In this document: piece by piece, positions 20,291-29,490 of the stretch
How positions within the stretch are numbered: the first letter of the stretch is position 1
How the letters are laid out: each line of letters begins with the position of its first letter
Source of the DNA: Anaerolineales bacterium
GTDB taxonomy: Bacteria > Chloroflexota > Anaerolineae > Anaerolineales > Villigracilaceae
Reading direction: 5' to 3'
Assembly: GCA_035512375.1 (NCBI GenBank)
Contig: DATKED010000297.1
Location: 1 to 52,465, forward strand
DNA length: 52,465 nt
Translations under genes and position numbers: made by a program
Notes under the pieces: generated by a model
Databases searched by the model: none
What the model was told of the DNA's origin: nothing
Seen by the model: only the letters and a program-made list of their open reading frames with translations

Positions 20291-21172
20291 CTACACGACC
20301 AACTCCTGTTCCGCCTTTCGCATGGTCTTGAAGGATTCAATCGCGACCTCCAGCATGGACTCGTCGGGTTCGCGGGTGGTCAGGGCTTGCAGAGCAAGAT
20401 TCGGCTTGATGAGGAATCGCACGAGCGGCGAATCCAGATGATTGGCTGTCCAGCGGATATATTCCACAGAAATCCCTGCCAGTATGGGGATCAGTAAAAC
20501 GCGGCTGGCAAGCCTCCAGAACATGGATAGAGGTCCCAGTGCGGTGAAGGCGACGATGGAGATCAACACCAACGTCAGCATGAAGGCTGTGCCACAGCGT
20601 GGATGCTCCAGGGAAAATTTCGCGACAGACTCGGGCGTCAGCTCCGCCCCGGCTTCATAAGCATTGATGGTCTTATGCTCTGCGCCATGGTAGCCGAAGA
20701 GACGTCTGATATCCGGCATAAAACCAATTGCCCAGATATACGCGACCAGAAGGATCAAACGGATAACGCCTTCCAGCAGGTTCGCCAGCCACGGATTCCA
20801 GCCAAGATTTCCTTCTGCCAGACCGCCAAGTCCAGCTGGCAGCAGGAAGAATAGCCCGATGCCAATCGAAAGGGAAACAGCCAGTGTAAGATAGAGCGCG
20901 GGACCTTCGAGTTTTTCGTCTTCACCCGTTTGGGTATTAGCGGAAAGTGTGAGCGCACGCATACCGAGCCCAAGCGCATCCCAGAGCAATATGACGCCGC
21001 GCAGGAATGGAATCTTTGTGATCTTTGAACGATAGACCGAGGCAAGATCCTCTTGGTGGATAACGATATTCCCATCGGGCGCCCGCATGGCAACCGCGAA
21101 GGCTTTTCGCCCGCGCATCATCACGCCTTCGATCACAGCCTGCCCGCCATAAGAAATAATTTTATCTTCCAT
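20291..21172 (-). CDS. DUF1385 (YqhQ-like) membrane protein
   Basis: GGQAVIEGVMMR, YHGAEHKTI, HPRCGT, LQALTTREP. Confidence 0.93.
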   Translation of the reverse strand: MEDKIISYGGQAVIEGVMMRGRKAFAVAMRAPDGNIVIHQEDLASVYRSKITKIPFLRGVILLWDALGLGMRALTLSANTQTGEDEKLEGPALYLTLAVSLSIGIGLFFLLPAGLGGLAEGNLGWNPWLANLLEGVIRLILLVAYIWAIGFMPDIRRLFGYHGAEHKTINAYEAGAELTPESVAKFSLEHPRCGTAFMLTLVLISIVAFTALGPLSMFWRLASRVLLIPILAGISVEYIRWTANHLDSPLVRFLIKPNLALQALTTREPDESMLEVAIESFKTMRKAEQELVV

Positions 21173-21300
21173 AATGATTTGTTTACCTTATAAAACCTTC
21201 CCGCGTCCGAGGGACGACTCAATAGTTCCAAGCCTTGCAAAGATTATATCTTCGGGTTGCGACCCTTCTTACGGCAAGCGTTCGCAGGGCTCTTTATGTA

Positions 21301-22668
21301 CTATCCCAGGTTATAAAAGAAATGGATGAACGCGTCAATGCCCTTGTACCACGTAGGCAAATGCATGTGCTCATTCGGTGAATGGACGTTGTCACTTGGC
21401 AAACCCATACCCACGAGCACGGATTCCACACCGCAGATCTGTTGCAGCATTGCCACCGCGCCAATGGAACCGCCCTCACGGCGATAAAATGGACGCTTGC
21501 CCCAGACCGACTCCATCGCTTTGTGCATGGCTTTGACACCCGGGTTGTTCAAATCCGCGATCGCAAACGGGCTCCCTGTCAACCTTTTGACTTCCCATTG
21601 GACTGTCTTCGGCGCGTTCTCTTCCATGAAGCGCACCATTTGATTTTCCACTTCAGCTGGCGTCTGATCGGGAACAAGACGACAGGAAATCTTTGCCATC
21701 GCTTTCGCAGGAAGCACCGTCTTCGAGCCGGGACCCGTCCATCCCGAGAGCAACCCGTTCACTTCAAGGGTTGGACGCGCGCCGGTGCGTTCTGCGGAGG
21801 TATAGCCCTCCTCGCCCCAAAGCGCAGGGACACCGGTTTCCTCCAAATAATGCGCATCGTCGTTGGGCAGCCGGGCAAAATCAACGCGCTCTTGCTCACT
21901 GAGCGGGCGCACGCTGTCATAAAAACTCGGGAGGGTGATCCGTCCCTTTTCGTCGTGCATTTTGGAGACAAGGTCAGTCAAAACCTGGGCAGGATTGTGG
22001 ACCGCGCCGCCGTACAAGCCGGAATGCAGATCCGCTTTGGGACCCCAGACATTGATCTCCAGGTAGGCGAGCCCGCGCAAACCATAGGTAATGGTTGGCA
22101 TGTCAATGCCCATCATACCCGCATCAGGGTTGAGCGAAACATCTGCTTTAAATTTCTGGGCATGCTTCTGGAGGAAGGGTTCCAGATTCTTTGAACCGAT
22201 CTCTTCCTCGCCTTCCAGAAGAAACTTCAAGTTGACAGGCACACCGCTCTTCATGACCGCTTCAATCGCGCTGAAGGTCGCGAGGATCTGTCCCTTCATA
22301 TCGGAGGAGCCGCGCCCAAAAAGGAGATCGCTGCGCACTTCTGGCTCAAAGGGTCCCGTCTCCCATAGCTCCAACGGATCCGCAGGCTGGACGTCATAAT
22401 GACCGTACACCAGCACAGTCGGCGCGCCGGGATTTTTGAGGTAATCGGCGTACACAACGGGATGCCCGCCGTCTGTTGGCATGACTTCCACATTTTCCAT
22501 GCCAAGCCGCTTTAGGTAATTCGCCATCCATTCTGCCGCACGCATAACCTCTCCACTGAACTCTGCATCTGTGGAGATGGATGGGATTTTCAGCACTTCG
22601 ATCAACTCGTTCAAAAACCGCTCACGGTTCTGAATTGCATAATCGAGTGCCTTTTGAAGTTCGCTCAT
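21301..22668 (-). CDS. M20 family metallo-dipeptidase
   Basis: YGHYDVQP, GRGSSDMKG, EGEEEIGS, DLHSG, HSPNE. Confidence 0.93.
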   Translation of the reverse strand: MSELQKALDYAIQNRERFLNELIEVLKIPSISTDAEFSGEVMRAAEWMANYLKRLGMENVEVMPTDGGHPVVYADYLKNPGAPTVLVYGHYDVQPADPLELWETGPFEPEVRSDLLFGRGSSDMKGQILATFSAIEAVMKSGVPVNLKFLLEGEEEIGSKNLEPFLQKHAQKFKADVSLNPDAGMMGIDMPTITYGLRGLAYLEINVWGPKADLHSGLYGGAVHNPAQVLTDLVSKMHDEKGRITLPSFYDSVRPLSEQERVDFARLPNDDAHYLEETGVPALWGEEGYTSAERTGARPTLEVNGLLSGWTGPGSKTVLPAKAMAKISCRLVPDQTPAEVENQMVRFMEENAPKTVQWEVKRLTGSPFAIADLNNPGVKAMHKAMESVWGKRPFYRREGGSIGAVAMLQQICGVESVLVGMGLPSDNVHSPNEHMHLPTWYKGIDAFIHFFYNLG

Positions 22669-22718
22669 GATGCCTCTTTTGGATTGATTGAATGATGTTG
22701 CTTTAATCGTTCACATGT

Positions 22719-24413
22719 TTATGGTGTAGGGGTGGGGGCTTCCGTCTGTTCGAGGGCACGGCGTGTGAGCAAATACCAATTGGTAAATGTTGCCAAGCGA
22801 TCGCTTGGTTCATATAACGGTCCCACCTGGACTCCCTGCACCTGCGAGTCCACGCCATAGGAGTAAACGGGTGCAAATAAAGGAAGTGCCGGCAATTCCT
22901 TGGAAAAGACCACCTGGAAATTGCGATAGAGCCGCGTGCGCAGTGTAGGATCTGCTGTGACGCGCGCCTGTTCGAGATATTCGCTCGCGGGGCGATTATC
23001 CCATTGGGAGTAGTTCTGTCCACCCGTGGCTTCAGCCTGATGCCAGAACGGATACGGATCCGGGTCTGGCGTGCGCGCCAGATTCAGGTCAACGAGAGCA
23101 GCATGGTAAGTGCGAGAGGCAAGGAAATCCGCGGCAAGCTTATCGTAAGGGACAGCCTGCAGTTCGACGCGTACGCCGATCTCCGCCCATTGATCCCGGA
23201 TGGTCTCCGCGATCTGGGTATGCACACTATCATCGGGGTGCAACAGCGAGAAGGAAAGCAATGTGCCCTCTTTGCCACGCACATCTCCACCTTCCGCTGG
23301 AATCACGTACCCTTCAGCCTTCAGCAGGTTAATCGCTTCGTGAGGGTTATATTCGAAATGCTCGATACCATCATGGTACGCCCAGGAACCCGGCAGGATC
23401 GGACCATCAGCGATGACAGCCTGCCCCTGCAGGAACCTGTTGATGAGATAGGGGCGATTAATGCTGAGCATGAGGGCACGGCGCAATTTCGGATCCTGTA
23501 GAAAAGGGACCTCCGCGTTGTTCAAATTGAACAGAACAAAACTGATCTGCGGCATGCGGCTGGTATAGACCGAAAGATTCGGTTCCTCCAACGCCGAGAT
23601 CAACACATCCGAAGTGATCTGACTCACCGAAAGCACATCGCCCTGTTGATAGGCATCCAGCGCGTCCGACGAGGATTGATAATAACGGAACACCACCTGT
23701 TCAATAAACGAGTCGGTTCCATAGTAGGTATCAGACAGGGTCAATACCACACCCATGATCTGACCGTTATCCACGATCAAATGATCGAATTCGTAGGGTC
23801 CACTGCCAACAGGAGCGATGTTGAAGTCCGCGGTCTGCAGTTGATCAGGCGGGACCGACTCAAGCAAATGTTTTGGCAGAACGCCAAACGCCAAATAATC
23901 CATGAACGGGACAAAAGGTTCGGGCAGAGTGAACTTCAGGTTTTTGTCGTTCAGCCGTGTGAGTTCGATCTTGCCCCATAGATCTTTGATATCCGGCGGA
24001 TAGAGCGAGCCCGCGCTTTTCATCATCTCAATCGTGAAGATGACATCATCACTGGTGACAGGTGTCCCGTCGTGCCAGACCGCGTTCTGTCGAATGGAAA
24101 AGTTATAGACTGTGCCATCCTGGGCAACGCCCCATGCCTCAGCCAGGTCAGCCTGAGGCAAACCACGTTCATCAAAGCGGACAAGACCGCTGAAGAGCAA
24201 ACGGTTTACCGAACGATCTGCAGGGTTGTTCCAATCCAACAGTGGGTTGAGCCGCCCCAACGAGCCGACCATTCCCTCCGTGTAAACACCTCCCTGCTCG
24301 GGGAGCGGCACGATGGGTCCATTTGCGACCGGTGATTGCTGGCTAAACAACAACACAGCCACAATCCCCAGCGTGACAAGAACAATCAGAATTTGCCAGC
24401 GTAACTGCTTCAT
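22719..24413 (-). CDS. Peptide ABC transporter solute-binding protein (family 5), N-terminally anchored
   Basis: LNP..., WHDGTPVTSDDVIFT, PVGSGPY, RRAL..SINR; start set at ATG 24413. Confidence 0.9.
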   Translation of the reverse strand: MKQLRWQILIVLVTLGIVAVLLFSQQSPVANGPIVPLPEQGGVYTEGMVGSLGRLNPLLDWNNPADRSVNRLLFSGLVRFDERGLPQADLAEAWGVAQDGTVYNFSIRQNAVWHDGTPVTSDDVIFTIEMMKSAGSLYPPDIKDLWGKIELTRLNDKNLKFTLPEPFVPFMDYLAFGVLPKHLLESVPPDQLQTADFNIAPVGSGPYEFDHLIVDNGQIMGVVLTLSDTYYGTDSFIEQVVFRYYQSSSDALDAYQQGDVLSVSQITSDVLISALEEPNLSVYTSRMPQISFVLFNLNNAEVPFLQDPKLRRALMLSINRPYLINRFLQGQAVIADGPILPGSWAYHDGIEHFEYNPHEAINLLKAEGYVIPAEGGDVRGKEGTLLSFSLLHPDDSVHTQIAETIRDQWAEIGVRVELQAVPYDKLAADFLASRTYHAALVDLNLARTPDPDPYPFWHQAEATGGQNYSQWDNRPASEYLEQARVTADPTLRTRLYRNFQVVFSKELPALPLFAPVYSYGVDSQVQGVQVGPLYEPSDRLATFTNWYLLTRRALEQTEAPTPTP

Positions 24414-24416
24414 GGA

Positions 24417-24478
24417 CAAAAAGAAAGGCTCGTTTCCGATCCCCGCAGATTCACGCCGCGCGGATCAAACGGCCTTTC
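24417..24478 (-). terminator. Long imperfect hairpin with U tract between secG and the SBP gene
   Basis: GAAAGGC/GCCTTTC, CGTTT/AAACG and GATCC/GGATC stems. Confidence 0.5.
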
Positions 24479-24495
24479 AGAAGTGATCCATTGAA

Positions 24496-24717
24496 TCAAG
24501 CGATGAGAAGAAGCGTTATGACAAGGGCAAAGAAAATAACGCTCAAAATAATCGTAACCCAGAACAGTGTGCGCTCAACGCCGCGACGAGCAGTAAAGAT
24601 ACTGCCTGTATCGGCGCCTGTCAGCCCGCCCAGGCCTGCGCCTTTGCTTTGCAAGATAACGCTGAGGATGAGCAGGACCGAGATTATAATCAGCGCGATA
24701 TTTAGATAGGTAACCAT
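24496..24717 (-). CDS. secG: Preprotein translocase subunit SecG
   Basis: ILLQSKGAGLGG-like motif (SVILQSKGAGLGG), RRGVERTL, two TM helices; GGAGG SD. Confidence 0.93.
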   Translation of the reverse strand: MVTYLNIALIIISVLLILSVILQSKGAGLGGLTGADTGSIFTARRGVERTLFWVTIILSVIFFALVITLLLIA

Positions 24718-24906
24718 TTACAACGTGCCTCCTTTTACTTAAGCGGAAACATTATACTCGCGGGGGAGAAGAAACGTCAACTTGACGGTTTAGGCTGCTC
24801 TTAACATCGCTTAGAACAAGCCTTGCGCAGGTGACTTATCGATTGACCAGGCTCTATCATAAAAGCCTTCGCAAAGCTCTGGTAAAAAATGAATTATTGA
24901 GGTCTC

Positions 24907-25992
24907 ATGCACGAAATCGTTGTCAATTTACATATGCACACCCGCTACTCAGACGGGACAGGCACACATAAGGAGATCGCGGAATCCGCCATCAAGACCG
25001 GCCTGGATGCGGTCATCGTGACCGATCACAACGTGCTGGTCCAGGGTGTGGAGGGATATTATCGAATCTCGCGCAGCCCGTCGACATCGCTCAGGACAGG
25101 CCGCGTCCTGCTCCTGGTTGGGCAGGAGGTCCATGACCAGGATCGGGACCCGCAAAAGAACCACCTTTTAGTATTCAACAGTCCTCGGGATGTAGCCACG
25201 CTGGCAGATGACCCACAAACACTGATCAACGGAGTCGCCGAAGCAGGCGGACTATCTTTTATCGCCCACCCGCGCGACCCCGAGGCTCCCGCCTTCAACG
25301 AGACTGACATCTCCTGGGAAGCCTGGGATGTGCGCGGCTATACCGGCATCGAACTCTGGAACGGGCTGAGTGAACTGAAAACCGTTGTCCCTACAAAACT
25401 GCACGGCGCGTTCTATGCGTTCTTCCCACAATTCATCGGATACAGCCCCATCCGTGAGACACTCCAACGCTGGGACGACCTCCTCGAAGATGGACAGCGG
25501 GTTGTTGCCATCGGCGGTTCGGATGCGCATGCATTAAACATGCACATGGGACCAGTGCATCGCGTGATCTTTCCCTATCAGTTTCACTTCCGCACGGTCA
25601 ACACACACGTGCTTATTCCCGAGCCGTTTACGGGTGATGTTCCCACCGACAAGAGGATGATCTATGAAGCTCTGGGCGCGGGGCACTGTTTCGTCGGCTA
25701 TGACCTTCCTGCCTCAACGCGCGGCTTCATCTTCAAGGGAAAGGGACTCGAACAATCAGCTGTCATGGGTGATGAGATTTCTGCCAAACGCGGTGTGACG
25801 TTACAAGCGCACCTACCGCAGCCTGCCGAGATCCGTTTGATCAAGGATGGAAAAACGGTCGGCATCTGGAAAGATTCCCAAGCCTGTGCCTACAGCGCTA
25901 CAGAACCAGGCGCCTACCGCGTGGAAGTCTGGCGCAGCTATCTTGGACGCAAACGCGGCTGGATATTTAGCAACCCGATTTATGTAAGATGA
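24907..25992 (+). CDS. PHP-domain metallohydrolase (CehA/McbA-like)
   Basis: NLHMHTRYSDG, VTDHN, GQE, IAHP, GGSDAH, C-terminal SNPIYV. Confidence 0.9.
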   Translation: MHEIVVNLHMHTRYSDGTGTHKEIAESAIKTGLDAVIVTDHNVLVQGVEGYYRISRSPSTSLRTGRVLLLVGQEVHDQDRDPQKNHLLVFNSPRDVATLADDPQTLINGVAEAGGLSFIAHPRDPEAPAFNETDISWEAWDVRGYTGIELWNGLSELKTVVPTKLHGAFYAFFPQFIGYSPIRETLQRWDDLLEDGQRVVAIGGSDAHALNMHMGPVHRVIFPYQFHFRTVNTHVLIPEPFTGDVPTDKRMIYEALGAGHCFVGYDLPASTRGFIFKGKGLEQSAVMGDEISAKRGVTLQAHLPQPAEIRLIKDGKTVGIWKDSQACAYSATEPGAYRVEVWRSYLGRKRGWIFSNPIYVR

Positions 25993-25997
25993 GAAAC

Positions 25998-26080
25998 TAA
26001 ACACAAAAGGACACTACGGACACGAAGGGAGCAACCCTTAAGGCTAAAGTCCTTTGTGACCTTTGTGTCCTTCGTGTTTA
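25998..26080. repeat. Palindromic element with 9-nt ACAC-rich subunits
   Basis: TAAACACAAAAGGACAC...CCTTTGTGACCTTTGTGTCCTTCGTGTTTA. Confidence 0.7.
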
Positions 26081-26088
26081 CTGGAGCT

Positions 26089-26667
26089 ATGAACACTTCT
26101 TCCTACCAACGCGTTGTTATCGTCGGTGTGACCAGTTCGGGCAAGTCTACACTTGCAGAAAAACTCTCGAAACGGTTCAACTTGGATTACATCGACCTCG
26201 ATGCCCTTAATTGGGAACCGAATTGGAAAAGTGCACCTCCGGAGGTGCTTCGATCTCGAGTTAAAAAAGCCACGCAAGCCGAGAAATGGATCGTCGCAGG
26301 CAATTATCACATCGCGCGAGATTTGGTCTGGCCCAAAGCGGAAGCCGTCATCTGGCTGGATTACCCGCTTTTAACAGTCTTATGGCAACTTACTCGTCGC
26401 AGCTTTACCCGCTGGTGGACTCAGGAATTGCTGTGGGGTACAAACCGCGAGACTTTTTGGACGCATTTCAAACTCTGGTCGAAAGAGTCGTTATATCACT
26501 GGTTATTCAGAACATACTGGCGAAGAAAACGCGAATACTCAATGTTACTGTCCCAGCCGGAGCATCAGCATTTGAAAATGATTCGGTTGAAGAATCCAAG
26601 AGAGACAGCAGAATGGCTGGAGAGTCTTACAGAACGGAGCGCAGAAAACAATGGACATCACATTTAG
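26089..26667 (+). CDS. Adenylate-kinase-like P-loop protein (FlaR/topology modulation family)
   Basis: GVTSSGKSTLA, IDLD..W..NW, WIVAGNY, IWLDYP. Confidence 0.88.
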   Translation: MNTSSYQRVVIVGVTSSGKSTLAEKLSKRFNLDYIDLDALNWEPNWKSAPPEVLRSRVKKATQAEKWIVAGNYHIARDLVWPKAEAVIWLDYPLLTVLWQLTRRSFTRWWTQELLWGTNRETFWTHFKLWSKESLYHWLFRTYWRRKREYSMLLSQPEHQHLKMIRLKNPRETAEWLESLTERSAENNGHHI

Positions 26668-27172
26668 AAAACGAATCGAACCCACCACTGATGTTCTTGA
26701 ACATCCAAGCAGATGGGAAAACGATCCGACCTTGATTCATTTGATCCGTCCTAACAGGAATAAAGAGGCATTCGAGATGAGAGAAGTCTTGACGGTTCAG
26801 GATCTGGAGGAGAGACTCGTACACAATCACACGTTCTTGATCTACCTGGGAAATCAACTGATCGGCGAAATGGATTACCAGATCGAGCCGAAACACTTAT
26901 ACAAGAATGAAACGGGAACCGCCTGGATAGGCATCATCGTTGGCGAAGAAACAGGCAGCGGCAAGGGGATTGGTTCTCGGGCTCTTAAATATTTGGAGGA
27001 AGAGATTAAACAACAGAGCCTAAAACGAATTGAACTGGGCGTGTTCGAGTTCAACCCAACTGCCTTCAGGCTGTATCAAAAGGCAGGCTATACCGAAATC
27101 GCTCGCATTCCAAACTTTACCTACTGGCAGGGGAAAATGTGGCAGGACATTCGAATGGAGAAATACATCTAG
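26651..27172 (+). CDS. GNAT N-acetyltransferase (RimJ/L-like)
   Basis: GKGIG acetyl-CoA motif, LGVFEFNPTAFRLYQKAGY. Confidence 0.9.
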   Translation: MDITFRKRIEPTTDVLEHPSRWENDPTLIHLIRPNRNKEAFEMREVLTVQDLEERLVHNHTFLIYLGNQLIGEMDYQIEPKHLYKNETGTAWIGIIVGEETGSGKGIGSRALKYLEEEIKQQSLKRIELGVFEFNPTAFRLYQKAGYTEIARIPNFTYWQGKMWQDIRMEKYI

Positions 27173-27188
27173 GGAGCTATCAAAGGAT

Positions 27189-28091
27189 ATGGCGAACGAT
27201 CTTCATCCACTGTTAAATTATCAATTCCAGGTTGCCATCGAACAGATAGTATCAGAGCACAGAGGCAAGAGATGGAAGACAAGAGAATTCAGGGACATGA
27301 ACGAATTTTCATCGCATCCATCAGCCCTCCTTTCAGATGGTTCCTATTCCATATTTGTTAAGTTCAGCAAAGACGCGAATGGGCTGGAGCAATTCGAGAG
27401 CGAGATGGCAGGCCTACGTCTTCTCTCTGAGCTTTCAGGAATCCTCATCCCCACTCTTATTGGCAACCTCCCCATGGGTGGTGGTGTCATCATGATCCTG
27501 GAAGGAGTGCAGGCTATTGACCGGACTTCCCAACAATGGCGACAAATTGGGCGAACACTCGCACAAATCCATCGAAATAAGGGAAGGCAATTTGGCTTGG
27601 ATTCTCACAACTACTTCGGTCCGTTGTATCAGGATAACGGGTCGTTACCTGACTGGCCTATGTTTTATGCGGAACGTCGCCTCTGGCCACGTTTTATCGG
27701 GGCAATCAATTCAGGAAACATGCCAATGGATGTTATCCGCCAGGTTGAAAAATTGATCCTGCGCATCCCAAAACTTTGCGACCGTCTGGCAGTTCCAACA
27801 CTTTTGCACGGTGATGCCCACCAGAATAACTTTATCAGCACTGAAATGGGAGCAGTTGTGATTGACCCTGCGGTCTATTACGGACACCCTGAAATGGACC
27901 TCGCCTATGTTGATTACTTTCAACCCGTCCCTGATGACGTTTTCAATGGTTATCAGGAGGAATCATCTATTGATCCGGGGTTCAGCGAAAGGCGTGAGTT
28001 ATGGCGTGTGTACGGATATCTTGCCGTCGTTGAAGTGGAGGGCGCTGCACATTTGCCCAAATTAATCAACGCTATTCGGAAATACTTGTAG
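27189..28091 (+). CDS. Fructosamine-3-kinase family protein
   Basis: FVK, FESEMAGL, LLHGD..N, IDPAVYYGHPEMDLA. Confidence 0.9.
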   Translation: MANDLHPLLNYQFQVAIEQIVSEHRGKRWKTREFRDMNEFSSHPSALLSDGSYSIFVKFSKDANGLEQFESEMAGLRLLSELSGILIPTLIGNLPMGGGVIMILEGVQAIDRTSQQWRQIGRTLAQIHRNKGRQFGLDSHNYFGPLYQDNGSLPDWPMFYAERRLWPRFIGAINSGNMPMDVIRQVEKLILRIPKLCDRLAVPTLLHGDAHQNNFISTEMGAVVIDPAVYYGHPEMDLAYVDYFQPVPDDVFNGYQEESSIDPGFSERRELWRVYGYLAVVEVEGAAHLPKLINAIRKYL

Positions 28092-28150
28092 CCACCGTTA
28101 AGATTCATCCCAAAGAAATATGATACGGACTGGAATGGTCATAGGAAATT

Positions 28151-28909
28151 ATGGACCCTCAAGCCCTTCTTAACCGACTCGATGAAATTGGACGTTCACT
28201 CGAGCGAAACGGACACGCCCTTGCGCTCATCGGACTTGGTTCCGTTGGCTTGGAACTTGATCGCCTCGATTCTTATTCAGATCTGGATTTCTTTGTTGTC
28301 GTCGAACACGGACAAAAAGGCGCTTGTTTGGATTCCCTTCAATGGCTGCGCGACGTCCACCCGGTTGCATATAGTTTCCTCAACACAGATGATGGTTATA
28401 AGCTGCTCTTTGAAGACGGCATTTTCTGCGAATTTGCTGTTTTTGAGCTCGACGAACTAAAGAGCATTCCGTTTGCTCCCGGGCGGATCATCTGGAGGCG
28501 GGCGGATGTTCCTGAGGCAGTGGGTCAGCCGATTTCCCTTCCAGCACCACATTCCAAACGCAGCAAGAAATGGCTGCTGGGCGAGGCATTGACCAATATC
28601 TATGTAGGTCTAAACAGAGACAAACGCGGCGAGAAACTTTCCGCGACGCGCTTTATTCAAGGCTATGCCGTGGACCGAGTTCTGGAGTTAGTAGAAAATG
28701 TCGAAACAGCCAAAGAAATTCGTCGCGATCCGTTTGTCAATGAACGGCGTTTTGAACAACGTTTTCCAAACTTAGCGTTTCATGCCAGCACGTGGATGCA
28801 AGGCTACGAAAAGAACCGCGAGTCCGCGCTGGAAATTTTGAATTTTCTGGAAGAGCATTTTGAAATCGACGGAGCAATTGCTAAAGCTATTCGAGAGCTA
28901 TATGTTTAA
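28151..28909 (+). CDS. Pol-beta-type nucleotidyltransferase (Lnu/AadK-like N-terminus)
   Basis: GSVG...DSYSDLDFFVVV motif followed by a helical domain. Confidence 0.7.
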   Translation: MDPQALLNRLDEIGRSLERNGHALALIGLGSVGLELDRLDSYSDLDFFVVVEHGQKGACLDSLQWLRDVHPVAYSFLNTDDGYKLLFEDGIFCEFAVFELDELKSIPFAPGRIIWRRADVPEAVGQPISLPAPHSKRSKKWLLGEALTNIYVGLNRDKRGEKLSATRFIQGYAVDRVLELVENVETAKEIRRDPFVNERRFEQRFPNLAFHASTWMQGYEKNRESALEILNFLEEHFEIDGAIAKAIRELYV

Positions 28910-28913
28910 TGAT

Positions 28914-29408
28914 TTAATACTTCCTCAACCCGATCACCAGTCGAGTCAAGCCCAGCGCGGCGAGCAAGACCAGTCCCACCGCAACTTCAAATGCCAGGCG
29001 CTCCACCCGAATAATCACGCTGAGGATCGCCAGCCCGAACCCGAGCGCGGCGACGATGCCTACACGCTCCAGGTGAAGGCGCTCCACGCTGCGGGTATCG
29101 TCCATCGGCGAGGCATAACTTAAGCGCCGCGCAAAGTCAGAGAGGTCCCAACCAAGCAAGCCCCCGAGCGCGCCCAGAAGCATCCAGACCGTGGGAAATC
29201 CGCTCCAAACACCGTACGCCGCGGCAAGGATCGTGATGAGTAAAGCAATGGATGAGAACCAGTACCATTTTCGAAAATGCGCAATGAGCCAGGTCCCTGC
29301 CAGCAGAAAAAACCAGAGTGAGTAACCAGAGAAACCTGCCTGCACATAGCCTGTTGCAAGCGAGATTGTCCCTAGAAAAATACTCAAAACGAATGCGATG
29401 ATGGTCAT
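28914..29408 (-). CDS. Membrane protein of the MoxR operon
   Basis: Several hydrophobic helices, conserved-looking LLGWDL; start at ATG 29408. Confidence 0.75.
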   Translation of the reverse strand: MTIIAFVLSIFLGTISLATGYVQAGFSGYSLWFFLLAGTWLIAHFRKWYWFSSIALLITILAAAYGVWSGFPTVWMLLGALGGLLGWDLSDFARRLSYASPMDDTRSVERLHLERVGIVAALGFGLAILSVIIRVERLAFEVAVGLVLLAALGLTRLVIGLRKY

Positions 29409-29422
29409 AACTTCTATTCTAA

Positions 29423-29486
29423 GCCACGGATGCACAGAGTCACGGTTTTTAATTAATCCTGCTCGGTGTCTCTGTGACTCGGTGGC
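29423..29486. repeat. Palindromic CACAGAG/CTCTGTG element
   Basis: GCCACGGATGCACAGAG...CTCTGTGACTCGGTGGC. Confidence 0.65.
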
Positions 29487-29490
29487 GAAT

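Noticed and set aside
21382-22194. 270-aa antisense ORF, and similar shadow ORFs at 357-686, 13791-14438 and 17867-18433
   Set aside because: They lie opposite well-conserved genes and carry no motifs; expected in GC-rich DNA.
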